From contig JBDRQD010000046.1 of assembly GCA_043826455.1 (NCBI GenBank), positions 55,316 through 119,315 on the forward strand: a DNA stretch of 64,000 nt. The letters run 5' to 3'. This stretch comes from Candidatus Bathyarchaeota archaeon. GTDB taxonomy: Archaea; Thermoproteota; Bathyarchaeia; TCS64. Shown here in pieces: positions 1 to 9,802 of this stretch. Position numbers and translations under genes: made by a program. The stretch's first letter is position 1; every line of letters starts with the position of its first letter. The notes beneath the pieces were generated by a model. That model was not told where the DNA came from. It made no database searches and saw nothing but the letters and a program-made list of their open reading frames with translations.

Positions 1-164
1 GGTGCAGTAGCGACCAGGAGGCCCTGGAGATCATCGAGTACATGAGGAAACGAGGCGAGGTCACAGAGAAAGAGGCCGAGACGCTGTGCACCCAGCTGCA
101 GGAGAAGGGAGTCAGAAGCTTCGGTCCCAAGAAGAAGCCCGGCTACTACGAGAAAGAGGGGTAG
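1..164 (+). CDS. 3' end of DUF2095-like archaeal protein (partial)
   Basis: Frame from nt 3 reads CSSDQEALEIIEYMRKRGEVTEKEAETLCTQLQEKGVRSFGPKKKPGYYEKEG*, resembling the DUF2095 C-terminus. Confidence 0.7.
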   Translation, partial: CSSDQEALEIIEYMRKRGEVTEKEAETLCTQLQEKGVRSFGPKKKPGYYEKEG

Positions 165-224
165 CCGGCACAATAAGGTAGGTACCCCCGCCTGAATAGA
201 TTTGTAGAAATTTTCGGTTAACCG

Positions 225-630
225 TGTTTTCTGGGTCTCCAGAGTCTAGGACGAGGAGGCGTCTCACCGAGGAAAAAGCATGAATCATGAGATGGAATTT
301 TTTTTCCGCCTTATCCCGGCTGGCACGGGATAAGCCACCCAGGAAACTACACGCCAGCGCGTCGGCCCCAGGAATAAGGAGGGGGTAGAGCAGGTGAACC
401 GGAAACGGCCGCACCACACCAAAAGGGCTCCTAAAACCGGTCCGACGCCGCAAGAATCTTCACAGAAACACGGTCTATTCAGCACATCAGACACGCTGCA
501 TCGGAGCCGATGTGAAAAAAGGTAGGGGGTATCACCTAATGACGATTTTCTCTATTATTAAGGGATACCCGCCCCCATGAAACCGACACCCGAGGCACCA
601 GCCAAAGAAGAACATAACCCAAATCCTCTT
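225..630 (-). repeat. Dispersed structured intergenic element, copy A
   Basis: Reverse complement aligns block by block with 25627-26065, e.g. CATTAGGTGAT, CCTTTTTTCACATC, GATGTGCTGA, GTTTCCGGTTC, GCTGGCGTGT, TAAGGCGGAAAAAAAATTCCATCT, CTCTGGAG. Confidence 0.85.
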
Positions 631-662
631 GTAATATAAGCAGGGGTTCCCCACAAGATATT

Positions 663-1130
663 ATGTCTGACATAGTCAAGAAGCTACAGGAGCAGAAGGA
701 GCTTGAGCTGAGCCACGTCAAGAGCCTGACGCCCTTGGCCAAGAAGACAGGCCACCCCCTAGTGAAGGTGATCCTCCAGTCCGTTATCCATGACAGCGGT
801 AAGCACGCCTCCATATGCCAGGCTCTAATAGACGTCAACGCCGGCGAGACGCCTTACAAGCTGGACCTGGACATGGCTAAGGCCGTGGAGTTGCACCAGA
901 ACATCAAGCAGCACATCAGGGTCGAGTCCAAGATGATCACAAGGCTCGAGACCATGGTGAAGGAGGCTAAGGATGACAGAGTCGCGGAGCTCCTCAGGTT
1001 CATGCTGGAGGACGAGAGGAGACACCATAGGCTCCTCACCGGGCTCTCCAACCTCCTGGACAGGGACGAGACCGCCCTGGACGAGTACATGAAGCTCTTC
1101 CAGACCTTCATGATCGTCCCCCCAGAGTAA
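663..1130 (+). CDS. Ferritin-like domain protein
   Basis: Helical protein with DSGKH, HIRVE and EDERRHH motifs of the ExxH type. Confidence 0.7.
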   Translation: MSDIVKKLQEQKELELSHVKSLTPLAKKTGHPLVKVILQSVIHDSGKHASICQALIDVNAGETPYKLDLDMAKAVELHQNIKQHIRVESKMITRLETMVKEAKDDRVAELLRFMLEDERRHHRLLTGLSNLLDRDETALDEYMKLFQTFMIVPPE

Positions 1131-1247
1131 TAACCCACCTTTTTCTTCATCCTCTTCACGTAGAGGGCGGATAGCAGAACTTTTACAATGAAACTCTTTC
1201 ATCCATAAACTTATGCAGCCTAAACCAACAGGATCATTGAAGCAGCC

Positions 1248-2459
1248 TTGCCCAAGATAGTCGGACTCGTCGGAAAAGCCAACGTCGGTAAGAGCACCTT
1301 CTTCGCGGCAGCCACCCTCAAACACGTAGAGATCGCGGCCTTCCCCTTCACCACCATCAAGGCCGATAGGGGGGTCGGCTACATCAGGGCCCCCTGCGTC
1401 TGCAAGGAGCTGGAGGTCACGGACAACCCCCAGAACAGCGCCTGCGTGGACGGCGTCCGCCTCATCCCCGTGGACCTCATAGACACCCCCGGCCTCATCC
1501 CCGGCGCCCACATGGGCAAGGGCCTGGGCAACCAGTTCTTGGACGACGTGCGCCGCGCCGACGCCCTCATAGTTGTGGCCGACGCCTCGGGCGCCACGGA
1601 CATCAACGGTCAGCCCACTGACCCGCTGAGCCACGACCCCGTGGAGGACGTCCAGATGTTCGAGGAGGAGTTCGACCTGTGGCTCAAGGCCCTTCTGGCC
1701 AAGGACTGGGACAGCATCGTCCGCACGGCCCAGGCCAAGAAGGAGAACGTGGACAGGCACCTGGAGGACAAGCTCACGGGCCTAGGCATCAACCGGGTTC
1801 AGATAGCTCAGGCGCTGCAGGAGGCCGGCCTGGACGGCTTCAAGAGCGGCCAGTGGACGGATGAAGATTTCATGGGGTTCGCCACCACCCTCAGGAAGGT
1901 GAGCAAGCCCCTGATAGTGGCGGCCAACAAGGCGGACAGGGACGGCGCCGAGGAGAACGTGAAGAGGATCAGGGACGCAGGGTACAGGGTGGTAGCCATC
2001 TGCGCGGAAGCCGAGCTTGCGCTGAGGCGGGCGGCGGACGCCGGCCTCGTGGAGTACACGCCGGGAGATGGTGACTTCAAGATCAAGAGCCCGGAGAAGC
2101 TTTCGGAGGGCCAGAGGCGGGCCCTGGAGAGGATCAGGGAGAAGGTTTTCAGTAAGTACGGGTCCACGGGGCTACAGCAGGCCATCAACGAGGCGTTCTT
2201 CAGCCTCCTGGACATGATAACAGTGTACCCCGTGGAGAACGCTGAGAAGCTCACCAACCACCACGGCCACGTGCTCCCTGACTGCTACCTGGTCCCCAGG
2301 GGCACCACGGCCAAACAGTTCGCAGCCCTCATACACACGGAGCTGGCGGAGGGCTTCATATACGCCTTGGACGCCCGCACCAAGAAGCGGCTGGGCGACA
2401 CCTATATCCTAGAGGACCGCGATGTTATTCAGATCGTCTCGGCCAGGGGCCGAAGATAG
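1248..2459 (+). CDS. ychF: YchF/Ola1 (Obg-family) ATPase/GTPase with TGS domain
   Basis: GLVGKANVGKST, FPFTTI, DTPGL, GLGNQFL, NKAD; C-terminal TGS domain. Confidence 0.9.
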   Translation: MPKIVGLVGKANVGKSTFFAAATLKHVEIAAFPFTTIKADRGVGYIRAPCVCKELEVTDNPQNSACVDGVRLIPVDLIDTPGLIPGAHMGKGLGNQFLDDVRRADALIVVADASGATDINGQPTDPLSHDPVEDVQMFEEEFDLWLKALLAKDWDSIVRTAQAKKENVDRHLEDKLTGLGINRVQIAQALQEAGLDGFKSGQWTDEDFMGFATTLRKVSKPLIVAANKADRDGAEENVKRIRDAGYRVVAICAEAELALRRAADAGLVEYTPGDGDFKIKSPEKLSEGQRRALERIREKVFSKYGSTGLQQAINEAFFSLLDMITVYPVENAEKLTNHHGHVLPDCYLVPRGTTAKQFAALIHTELAEGFIYALDARTKKRLGDTYILEDRDVIQIVSARGRR

Positions 2460-3386
2460 GTGAACATGATGGTTAAGGTGCTGGTGGCGGACTCCATCCA
2501 CGAGGACGGGGTCAAGATGATGAGGGACGCGGGCCTGGAGCTGGACCTCCAGACCGAGATCACGGCGGATGCCCTCAAGAAGGTGATAGGCGGCTACGAC
2601 GCCATAGTGGTCCGAAGTCGGACGAAGCTCACCAAGGAGGTCCTGGAGAAATCCGGGAAGCTGAAGGTGATCGCCAGGGCGGGCGTCGGCCTGGACAACG
2701 TGGACGTGGCCTACGCTAAGGAGAAAGGTATCGAGGTCTATAACAGCCCGGAGGCGCCCAGCAACGCGGTCGCGGAGCTGGTGCTGGGTTATATGCTGGA
2801 CCTGGCCAGAAACATCAGCCGCGGCGACCACGGCCTCAAGCAGGGCAAGTGGCTCAAGAAGGACCTGGGCGGCTTCGAGCTCCAAGGTAAGACTCTGGGC
2901 ATCATAGGGTTCGGCCGCATCGGGTACCTGCTGGGCAAGAAGGCCAAGGCCCTGGGCATGGAGGTCCTGGCCTACGACGTGATCATGGACAAGCTCAGAC
3001 ACTTCGTCGTGGAGATAGGGGCCAGGGACGTGCCCCTGGACACCCTGCTGGCTGAGAGCGACTTCGTCACAGTCCACGTGCCCCTTCTACCCCAGACCAG
3101 GCACATGATCAGCGCAGCCCAGTTCAACAAGATGAAGAAGGGCTCCTACATCATCAACGCGGCCAGGGGCGGCGTCGTGGACGAGGCGGCCTTGAAGGCG
3201 GCTCTTGACGCGGGGCGGCTGGCGGGGGCCGCCCTGGATGTCTTCGAGCAGGAGCCGGACCCGGACCCTGACCTGGTGACCAGACACAACGTGGTGTGCA
3301 CGCCCCACATAGGGGCGGAGAGCGAGGAGGCCCAGGTAGGCAACAGCACCATCGTGGCCGAGAAGCTCATCAAGTTCTTCAAGTAG
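2460..3386 (+). CDS. D-3-phosphoglycerate / D-2-hydroxyacid dehydrogenase (no ACT domain)
   Basis: RAGVGLDNVD, GIIGFGRIG, INAARGGVVDE, LDVF, TPHIGA. Confidence 0.9.
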   Translation: MNMMVKVLVADSIHEDGVKMMRDAGLELDLQTEITADALKKVIGGYDAIVVRSRTKLTKEVLEKSGKLKVIARAGVGLDNVDVAYAKEKGIEVYNSPEAPSNAVAELVLGYMLDLARNISRGDHGLKQGKWLKKDLGGFELQGKTLGIIGFGRIGYLLGKKAKALGMEVLAYDVIMDKLRHFVVEIGARDVPLDTLLAESDFVTVHVPLLPQTRHMISAAQFNKMKKGSYIINAARGGVVDEAALKAALDAGRLAGAALDVFEQEPDPDPDLVTRHNVVCTPHIGAESEEAQVGNSTIVAEKLIKFFK

Positions 3387-3454
3387 CCCCCTTTTCTTCA
3401 ACCACCCGAAATCGTATCATTCATTAACCTGTCCACCAGCCCTATGGATAACTG

Positions 3455-4732
3455 ATGATAACCATACTAGGTGCAGGCCTGGCGGGCCTCAGCGCCGCCT
3501 ACCACCTGGGAGACGGCTACAGGGTCCTGGAGCGTGAGGCTGAGCCGGGCGGCCTGTGCAGAAGCTTCGAGGAGAAGGGCTACGTCTTCGACATCGCCCC
3601 CCACATACTGTTCTCGAGGGATGAGTACGCCCGCGGCCTCTTCGCCAGGCTGCTGGAGGGCAACCTGCTGACCCATGACCGCCGAGCCTACATCTACATG
3701 ATGGGCACCTACGTCAAGTACCCCTTTGAAGTTAACCTGTACCCCCTTCCCCGGGAAGTCATAGAGGAGTGCATCCAGGGGGTGGTGGACAGGCCCGCCC
3801 TGAAGCCGGGTAACTTCAGGGAGTGGATTCTCGCCTCCTTCGGGGAGGGGATTGCCAGGCACTACATGGTGCCCTACAACGATAAAACATGGAAGTACCC
3901 CCTGGAGAAGATGAACACTGAGTGGCTAGGGGGCCGCGTCCCAAGCCCCAGCGTCGAGGAGATGAGGAGGGGCGCCAAGGGCGAGCAGGAAGTAGACTAC
4001 GGCCCCAACGCCCAGTTCTGGTACCCCATGGTGGGCGGGATCGGCTCACTGCCCAATAGGCTGGCTGAGGGGCTGAACGTGTCCTACGGGTCCGACGCCG
4101 TTGCGGTGAGGCCCACCGAGAAGGGTGTGAAGGTCACCTACAGGAAAGGTGGAGCCGCCAAGACGGTGGAGTCGGAGTACGTGATGTCGTCGCTTCCTCT
4201 ACCAGAGCTCGTGAAGATGTTGCCCGAGGTCCCCGAGGACGTGGTGAAGGCCACGGACAGGCTGGTCCACAACAGCATCGTCTGCGTCAATGTGGGGGTC
4301 AAGAGGCCCAGCATCACAGACAAGCACTGGCTCTACTTCCCGGAGGCCCACCTGCCCTTCAACAGGATCAGCTTCCCCATGAACTTCAGCCCGGGGACCA
4401 CCCCGCCTGGCCGCAGCAGCGTCCTGGTGGAGGTGACGTACAGGAGCAGGCAGCCGGACCTAGAGGAGACAAAGGAGGGGGTGCTGCAGGGCCTGGTGGA
4501 CGCGGAGCTCATGTTGGAGGGCGACGAGGTGGAGGTCTGCCAGGCGTCCAGCTACAGGTACGCCTACGTCATCTACGACCTGGACCACAGGAGGAACGTC
4601 GAGGCCGTACACAGGTACCTCAGGGAGAACAGGGTCATACCCATAGGCAGGTTCGGGGAGTGGGAGTACTACAACATGGATAAGGCCATCCTCTCGGGTA
4701 AGAGAGCGGCTGAGGCCCTGAAGGGGAGCTAG
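3455..4732 (+). CDS. FAD-dependent oxidoreductase (UDP-galactopyranose mutase/PPO-like)
   Basis: GAGLAGL, GGLCRS, GRFGEWEYYNMDKAI; adjacent to a GT2. Confidence 0.75.
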   Translation: MITILGAGLAGLSAAYHLGDGYRVLEREAEPGGLCRSFEEKGYVFDIAPHILFSRDEYARGLFARLLEGNLLTHDRRAYIYMMGTYVKYPFEVNLYPLPREVIEECIQGVVDRPALKPGNFREWILASFGEGIARHYMVPYNDKTWKYPLEKMNTEWLGGRVPSPSVEEMRRGAKGEQEVDYGPNAQFWYPMVGGIGSLPNRLAEGLNVSYGSDAVAVRPTEKGVKVTYRKGGAAKTVESEYVMSSLPLPELVKMLPEVPEDVVKATDRLVHNSIVCVNVGVKRPSITDKHWLYFPEAHLPFNRISFPMNFSPGTTPPGRSSVLVEVTYRSRQPDLEETKEGVLQGLVDAELMLEGDEVEVCQASSYRYAYVIYDLDHRRNVEAVHRYLRENRVIPIGRFGEWEYYNMDKAILSGKRAAEALKGS

Positions 4733-4733
4733 C

Positions 4734-5462
4734 ATGATCTCCGTGGTGGTGCCCACCTACAACGAGGAGAAGAACATAGAGGGCTGCCTAAGGTCACTGG
4801 TAGATCAGACGGTGCCCCGTGAAGAGATCGACATCATCGTGGTGGACGGGGACAGCACGGATCGGACCAGAGAGATCGCCGAGGGCATAGCCGACAACTT
4901 CATCATCCAAACCAGTGAGGGAGTGGGCGGAGCCAGGAACGACGGCTTCGCCATAGCTCGCGGCGAGATAGTGGCCACCACGGACGCTGACTGCCACCCC
5001 TTCCCGGACTGGCTAGAGATCATCCAGCGCAACTTCATGGATCCGAAGGTTGTGGCCGTCACCGGGGTCCTGGTGCCCTTCGACTTCGGCGGCATGGGCA
5101 GAGTGGAGGAGTTCGCGTACCGGCTCCTCTTTGACCTGTCTAACGTCGCACTGGTGGTGATGAGCTGGTTCGGTAAGATGCACCTGTGCGGGGCCAACTC
5201 GGCCTTCAGGAAGGACGCGTTCCTGGAGGCTGGGGGCTACCTGCCCCTGGCCTACGCAGATGACGTGGAGATATACAAGAGGGTCAAGGAGAAGGGTACT
5301 GTGAGGCTGGACACCGGGATGAGGATAAACTATAGTGTCCGCCGCATCAGGAAGGTGGGGCTCCTAAGGTACATTCTGCTGTTGTTCAGGATGGAGTGGG
5401 ATGTCATGGTGATGGGTAGGAAGCCTGTGAAGGGTGGGTACGCTAGGCAGACCTATGAGTGA
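4734..5462 (+). CDS. Glycosyltransferase family 2
   Basis: ISVVVPTYNEE, VVDGDSTDRT, ARNDG, TDAD. Confidence 0.9.
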   Translation: MISVVVPTYNEEKNIEGCLRSLVDQTVPREEIDIIVVDGDSTDRTREIAEGIADNFIIQTSEGVGGARNDGFAIARGEIVATTDADCHPFPDWLEIIQRNFMDPKVVAVTGVLVPFDFGGMGRVEEFAYRLLFDLSNVALVVMSWFGKMHLCGANSAFRKDAFLEAGGYLPLAYADDVEIYKRVKEKGTVRLDTGMRINYSVRRIRKVGLLRYILLLFRMEWDVMVMGRKPVKGGYARQTYE

Positions 5463-5507
5463 GGTGGGGTTTTTGTTGGGGGGATCGTTGGGTCTTTGTG
5501 TTTTCGT

Positions 5508-5934
5508 TGTGTGCGCGTGGGGGGAGGGGGGGTCCCATCACCGCCACCGCGATTCCCCGTTTTCCGGCTTTTTTTCTGGTTCAGAGGCTTTTTTAGGGTT
5601 CTTTGGCGGTGGCGGTGGTTTGTGGTGTCCGTCGTGTCTGTGGTCGCGTGGGTTGTGTCGTTGTGGGGGGTGGTCGGTGTTCCTGTGTGGATCAGGGTCG
5701 TGTTAGACTGGTTTCTGGGGTCTTTTCGGTCTGGTGTGGACGTTTCTGGTTTCTCTGCCATCTCCCTTTCTGGGGGCTGGTGCCAGTGTGGTGGGTGATG
5801 AGTTGCATGCAAGGCTTATGCTCTCCAGGAGGGTGTAAGGTGGAAAAATATTCCATCTCCTGCCTCATGATTTTACTTCAGTGAGATGTTTCCCCGTTTA
5901 ACTGGTTTGTTACATGGAACAATGTAGCTAACAT
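5508..5934 (+). repeat. Dispersed intergenic element, copy B (G/T-rich, composite)
   Basis: About 5670-5886 aligns with copies A and C; 5508-5532 and 5906-5934 match the reverse complement of 63971-64000 and 63785-63815. Confidence 0.75.
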
Positions 5935-5967
5935 CCCATTTTCTGAATTCTTCATAGGTGAACTGGT

Positions 5968-6882
5968 CTACTCTCTGTTTCTCAGCTTCACCGCGTCGTA
6001 GACCCCCGCCAACAGAAACTGAACACCCACACCCAGGAACAGCCCCGAGTCGAACACCAGCCTATCATACCTCTCCCTCAGCCCCGGCAACTCAAAGACG
6101 ACCCTGAAAGACTGTAGCAGAGGATACCCGTGAGGACTACCGAACCTGACGCTGCCCTCCAAGATGAGAGACCTGTGACCCGCCGCCCACTCGCGCCAGT
6201 AGATCGACTCGCCCACCGGCTGAGGAATTGACTCCACGACCCTGCTTTCAACGGGCAGGTCCACCCTCAGGCTGACCAGCGGCTCACCGCTCAGCCAGCA
6301 GGCGTCAGGCCTCACATCCAGCGCCGCCTCCGAGTCGCTGTTGCTGAAGGGCACGGCCAGCTCGTAGCTCGTGTACCCGACCCTGGAGACCGCACCGAAC
6401 CACCGGAAGCTCACCATGACCGTGAACATCGGGTACTTCGACTCCGGCTTGAACTCATAGTACATGACCGAGACGTCCTCTTCGGGCACCCACTCTATGA
6501 CCGCGTCCCCCGTGTAGTATATCTCCCGGGACTTCTCGTCGTCGAGCCCCATCACCTTGAAGAAGGCACCCTCGACCCTGTGGGGCACCTGCAGGCCGAA
6601 CATGATCTCCCCCTCGCCCTGTACAGCGACCTCCCCCGCCAGCATGCAGTCCACGTACCCCTCCTCCAGCGAGATCGACGTCACCTCGAAGGTCATCTCA
6701 TCGGCCTCAAAGTCCCGCGACGCGAAGGGCAGAACACCGTAGTAGGGGAGGATGACCGCCTGGTGCCCCTGCGAGACCTCCATGGAATACATCACCCCGA
6801 GGGCCGTGAACACGATCCCCACCACAAGCGGGAAATACACTATAGCGGCCCGCAGCCTCTGACGGTAAAGGCGCTCAAACAT
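5968..6882 (-). CDS. Hypothetical membrane protein (N- and C-terminal TM helices, beta-rich middle)
   Basis: 304-aa ORF with hydrophobic segments at both ends. Confidence 0.7.
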   Translation of the reverse strand: MFERLYRQRLRAAIVYFPLVVGIVFTALGVMYSMEVSQGHQAVILPYYGVLPFASRDFEADEMTFEVTSISLEEGYVDCMLAGEVAVQGEGEIMFGLQVPHRVEGAFFKVMGLDDEKSREIYYTGDAVIEWVPEEDVSVMYYEFKPESKYPMFTVMVSFRWFGAVSRVGYTSYELAVPFSNSDSEAALDVRPDACWLSGEPLVSLRVDLPVESRVVESIPQPVGESIYWREWAAGHRSLILEGSVRFGSPHGYPLLQSFRVVFELPGLRERYDRLVFDSGLFLGVGVQFLLAGVYDAVKLRNRE

Positions 6883-7135
6883 GAATAATCATCGCGAGCC
6901 ACGACATATATAGCGTTAATCAGCAGGCAACACTGAAAAGACGACGCAAAGAACCATTACAATTGTTATCCTTTTAATAATTTCAACGTAGAACATAGAT
7001 GTGATAAACCATGAAGCGTGCGCGCTCCGTTTCTATAACAATTAATTATTATAAGACGAGAAAGTGCACTGAAATCTTCCACCTTTTACATGGAACACGT
7101 TCAAATGAAACCTGGTCGATTGTAGGGTTTCTGGG

Positions 7136-7594
7136 CTAGTTCTTTCTGCCTGCGACCCAGCCCACGTCCTTGTCGGACTTTATGGCCGGGTGGCTTGGGT
7201 CCACCATGATTACCTCGAACCACTTGTAGCGGCCGTCCTGCCACACCCAGTAGCTGTTAAGCACCTCCATGTTGGGGTACTTCCGGGCCGCCCTCTCCTC
7301 GGCTATGAGCCTCCTGCTCTTGGCCGGCGTGTACTTGGTTACGCCCATCCGTTTCTGCCTGCGCCCCAGCACCGGCCTCAGCTTCTTGCGGCCGCCCCTG
7401 GGCACCCGTGACCTGACCACAACGAAGCCCTTCTTAGCCTTGTAGCCCAGGCTGTGGGCCCTGTCGAGCCTCGTGGGCGTGTCCAGTCTGACCACTGAGG
7501 GCTGCTTGCGCCAGGTTATGGCCCTCTCCCGCATGATGTCTTGAACGTAGCTGTCCTTGGGGCTCTTCCAAGCGTCTCTGAGGTACTTGTACAT
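7136..7594 (-). CDS. rpl15e: 50S ribosomal protein L15e (short form)
   Basis: [55 protein letters not shown]. Confidence 0.95.
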   Translation of the reverse strand: MYKYLRDAWKSPKDSYVQDIMRERAITWRKQPSVVRLDTPTRLDRAHSLGYKAKKGFVVVRSRVPRGGRKKLRPVLGRRQKRMGVTKYTPAKSRRLIAEERAARKYPNMEVLNSYWVWQDGRYKWFEVIMVDPSHPAIKSDKDVGWVAGRKN

Positions 7595-7666
7595 GGCTGT
7601 TTTCCTCGTTGGGCTATCAAAGTAGACTGGTTCAAACTAATAAAGATAATGGGAACCCCGCACCGC

Positions 7667-9715
7667 CTAGAATATGGAGAAGAGGAGGAAGAGGGGCAGG
7701 AAGACGTGGGCCACCAGCCCGATGACCGTGATGAGCGTGTTCAGGCTGGGCCCCGCCGTGTCCTTGAAGGGGTCACCCACGGTATCGCCTATGACAGCGG
7801 CGTGGTGGGCGTCGCTGCCCTTGCCTCCCAGATGGCCCTCCTCTATGTACTTCTTGGCGTTGTCCCAGAGGCCGCCCGCGTTGCTCATGAGGAGCGCTAA
7901 CAGGAGGCCGCTGAAGATGCAGCCCGCAAGGTACCCGCCCAATGCCTCCACGCCGAAGATGAAGCCCACGGCCAGGGTCACGACGATGGCCGTGACGCTG
8001 GCGGGCAGCAGCTCCTTGATGGCGCCCACTGTGGCTATGTCCACGCACTTGGCGTAGTCGGGCACGACGCCCTCCTTACCCTCCCGGAGGCCCGGTATCT
8101 CGCGGAACTGGCGCTGGATCTCCTCGATCATCCTAGACGCGTTCCTGCCGACCCCCAGCATGAGCTGGCTGCTGAAAACAGCTGGCATGGCGACGCCGAT
8201 AAGGGCGCCCACCATGACCAGGGGGTTCATGAGGTCGAAGGAGACCGCGGCGCCCAGCTCGGCCTCGGCCACCGCCTTGAAGGCGGCTAGGATGCTGATG
8301 ACCGTCAGCCCGGCCGCGCCAATGGCGAAGCCCTTGGTGATGGCCTTGCTGGTGTTGCCGGCCGCGTCCATGGCGTCCAGTATCTCGATTGTCTTGTGGT
8401 CCAGGCCACCCTGCTCGGCGATGCCCTTGGCGTTGTCACCGATGGGGCCGAAGCTGTCGGTAGCCACCACCATGCCCACGATGCTGAGCATACCGAAGGC
8501 GGCGATGCCGATGCCGTAGACGCCGTAACCGGGGCCTATGGCCTCGGTCACCGTGTGGGCTATCCACGCGGCCAGGCCGATCCCCACCAGGGGCGGGAAC
8601 ACGCTGAGGAGCCCGTAGCTGAAGCCCGTGATGATGTTGATGGCGGCGCCCGTGACGCTGCTCTCGGCAGTGTTCTTGGCTGGGGGCCGGTTGATGCTGG
8701 TGAAGTAGTCGCTGGTGACGCCAATGACAACACCGGCGATGAGACCTACAGCTGCGGCGCCCCAGAACCTGATGTTATAGCCCAGCATAGTGGTAGCCAG
8801 GTAGCTGAGAACCATGAAGAGGCCCACAGTGACGTAGGTGCCCCTGTTGAGCACCGAGCCTGGGTCCCCGCCCTCCTTGACGCGGACCACGAAGATGCCT
8901 ATGAGGCTGCTGAAGGCGCCAAGGCCCGCGAAGACCAGAGGCAGCTCCAGTAGGTAGCCGCCCAGCACCTGGCCCAAGACCATGACGGCCATGAGGCTGG
9001 CCACGTAGCTGTCGTAGAGGTCGGCGCCCATCCCCGCAACATCGCCCACGTTGTCGCCCACGTTGTCGGCGATGACAGCAGGGTTCCTAGGGTCGTCCTC
9101 GTCCAGGTCCATCTCCACCTTGCCCACGAGGTCTGCGCCGATGTCAGCCGTCTTAGTGAATATGCCTCCGCCGGCCTTGGCGAAGAGAGCCATGGCCGAG
9201 GCCCCGAAGCTGAACCCCAGGATGACGTTGGGGTCGCGGGTGAGGAAGTATAGGACGCTGACCCCGGCCAGCGCTAGGCCTATGACGCTGGTGCCCATGA
9301 CGGCTCCGCCCCTGAAGGCTATGGGGAAGGCCTTGGTGATGCCCTTGCGGGCCGCGCTGGCCGCCCTCAGGTTGGCGTCCGTGGCCACGTCCATCCCCAG
9401 CCAGCCGGCGATGGCGCTGCACACGGAGCCGAAGACGTAGCCGACGGCCAGTATGACGTTGGCCATGATGTTGTCGGTGGCCCAGATGGGGTGGGGCAGG
9501 AAGATGAGGAGCACCAAGGCCATGACTGCGACGAACACGCCGAGGGTTCTGTACATGCGGTTGAGGAAGGCCCTCGCACCCTCCTTGATGGCGCCAGCCA
9601 CGAACTGCATTCGCTCCGTGCCGGTGTCCTGCTTCCTCACGAAGTCGTGGATGTAGAAACCTACGAGAATCGATATAATCGCCGATACTGGGGCTATGTA
9701 CCATGCGTCAACCAT
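7667..9715 (-). CDS. hppA: Membrane-integral pyrophosphatase, K+-independent signature
   Basis: [59 protein letters not shown]; start ATG 9715 or TTG 9724. Confidence 0.93.
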   Translation of the reverse strand: MVDAWYIAPVSAIISILVGFYIHDFVRKQDTGTERMQFVAGAIKEGARAFLNRMYRTLGVFVAVMALVLLIFLPHPIWATDNIMANVILAVGYVFGSVCSAIAGWLGMDVATDANLRAASAARKGITKAFPIAFRGGAVMGTSVIGLALAGVSVLYFLTRDPNVILGFSFGASAMALFAKAGGGIFTKTADIGADLVGKVEMDLDEDDPRNPAVIADNVGDNVGDVAGMGADLYDSYVASLMAVMVLGQVLGGYLLELPLVFAGLGAFSSLIGIFVVRVKEGGDPGSVLNRGTYVTVGLFMVLSYLATTMLGYNIRFWGAAAVGLIAGVVIGVTSDYFTSINRPPAKNTAESSVTGAAINIITGFSYGLLSVFPPLVGIGLAAWIAHTVTEAIGPGYGVYGIGIAAFGMLSIVGMVVATDSFGPIGDNAKGIAEQGGLDHKTIEILDAMDAAGNTSKAITKGFAIGAAGLTVISILAAFKAVAEAELGAAVSFDLMNPLVMVGALIGVAMPAVFSSQLMLGVGRNASRMIEEIQRQFREIPGLREGKEGVVPDYAKCVDIATVGAIKELLPASVTAIVVTLAVGFIFGVEALGGYLAGCIFSGLLLALLMSNAGGLWDNAKKYIEEGHLGGKGSDAHHAAVIGDTVGDPFKDTAGPSLNTLITVIGLVAHVFLPLFLLFSIF

Positions 9716-9802
9716 TGACCTCAAAACCTCCGGGGTTTTTCTCTAATCCGGCATTATACGAGCCATAATGTATAAAAATGTGTGGGGTGATAGCCCCGTT
9801 TT

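Noticed and set aside
112..494. Short ORFs inside repeat copies (also 5434-5884 and 25528-25973)
   Set aside because: Frames are not conserved between copies and composition is atypical
5460..5960. CRISPR array, tRNA, SRP or RNase P RNA in the long intergenic regions
   Set aside because: No regularly spaced repeats, cloverleaf/T-loop or recognisable conserved motifs by eye; an Rfam scan would be decisive
7050..7138. TAG readthrough (pyrrolysine) restoring the L15e tail
   Set aside because: The downstream frame (PRNPTIDQVSF...) is not L15e-like and there are no pyl genes in the window
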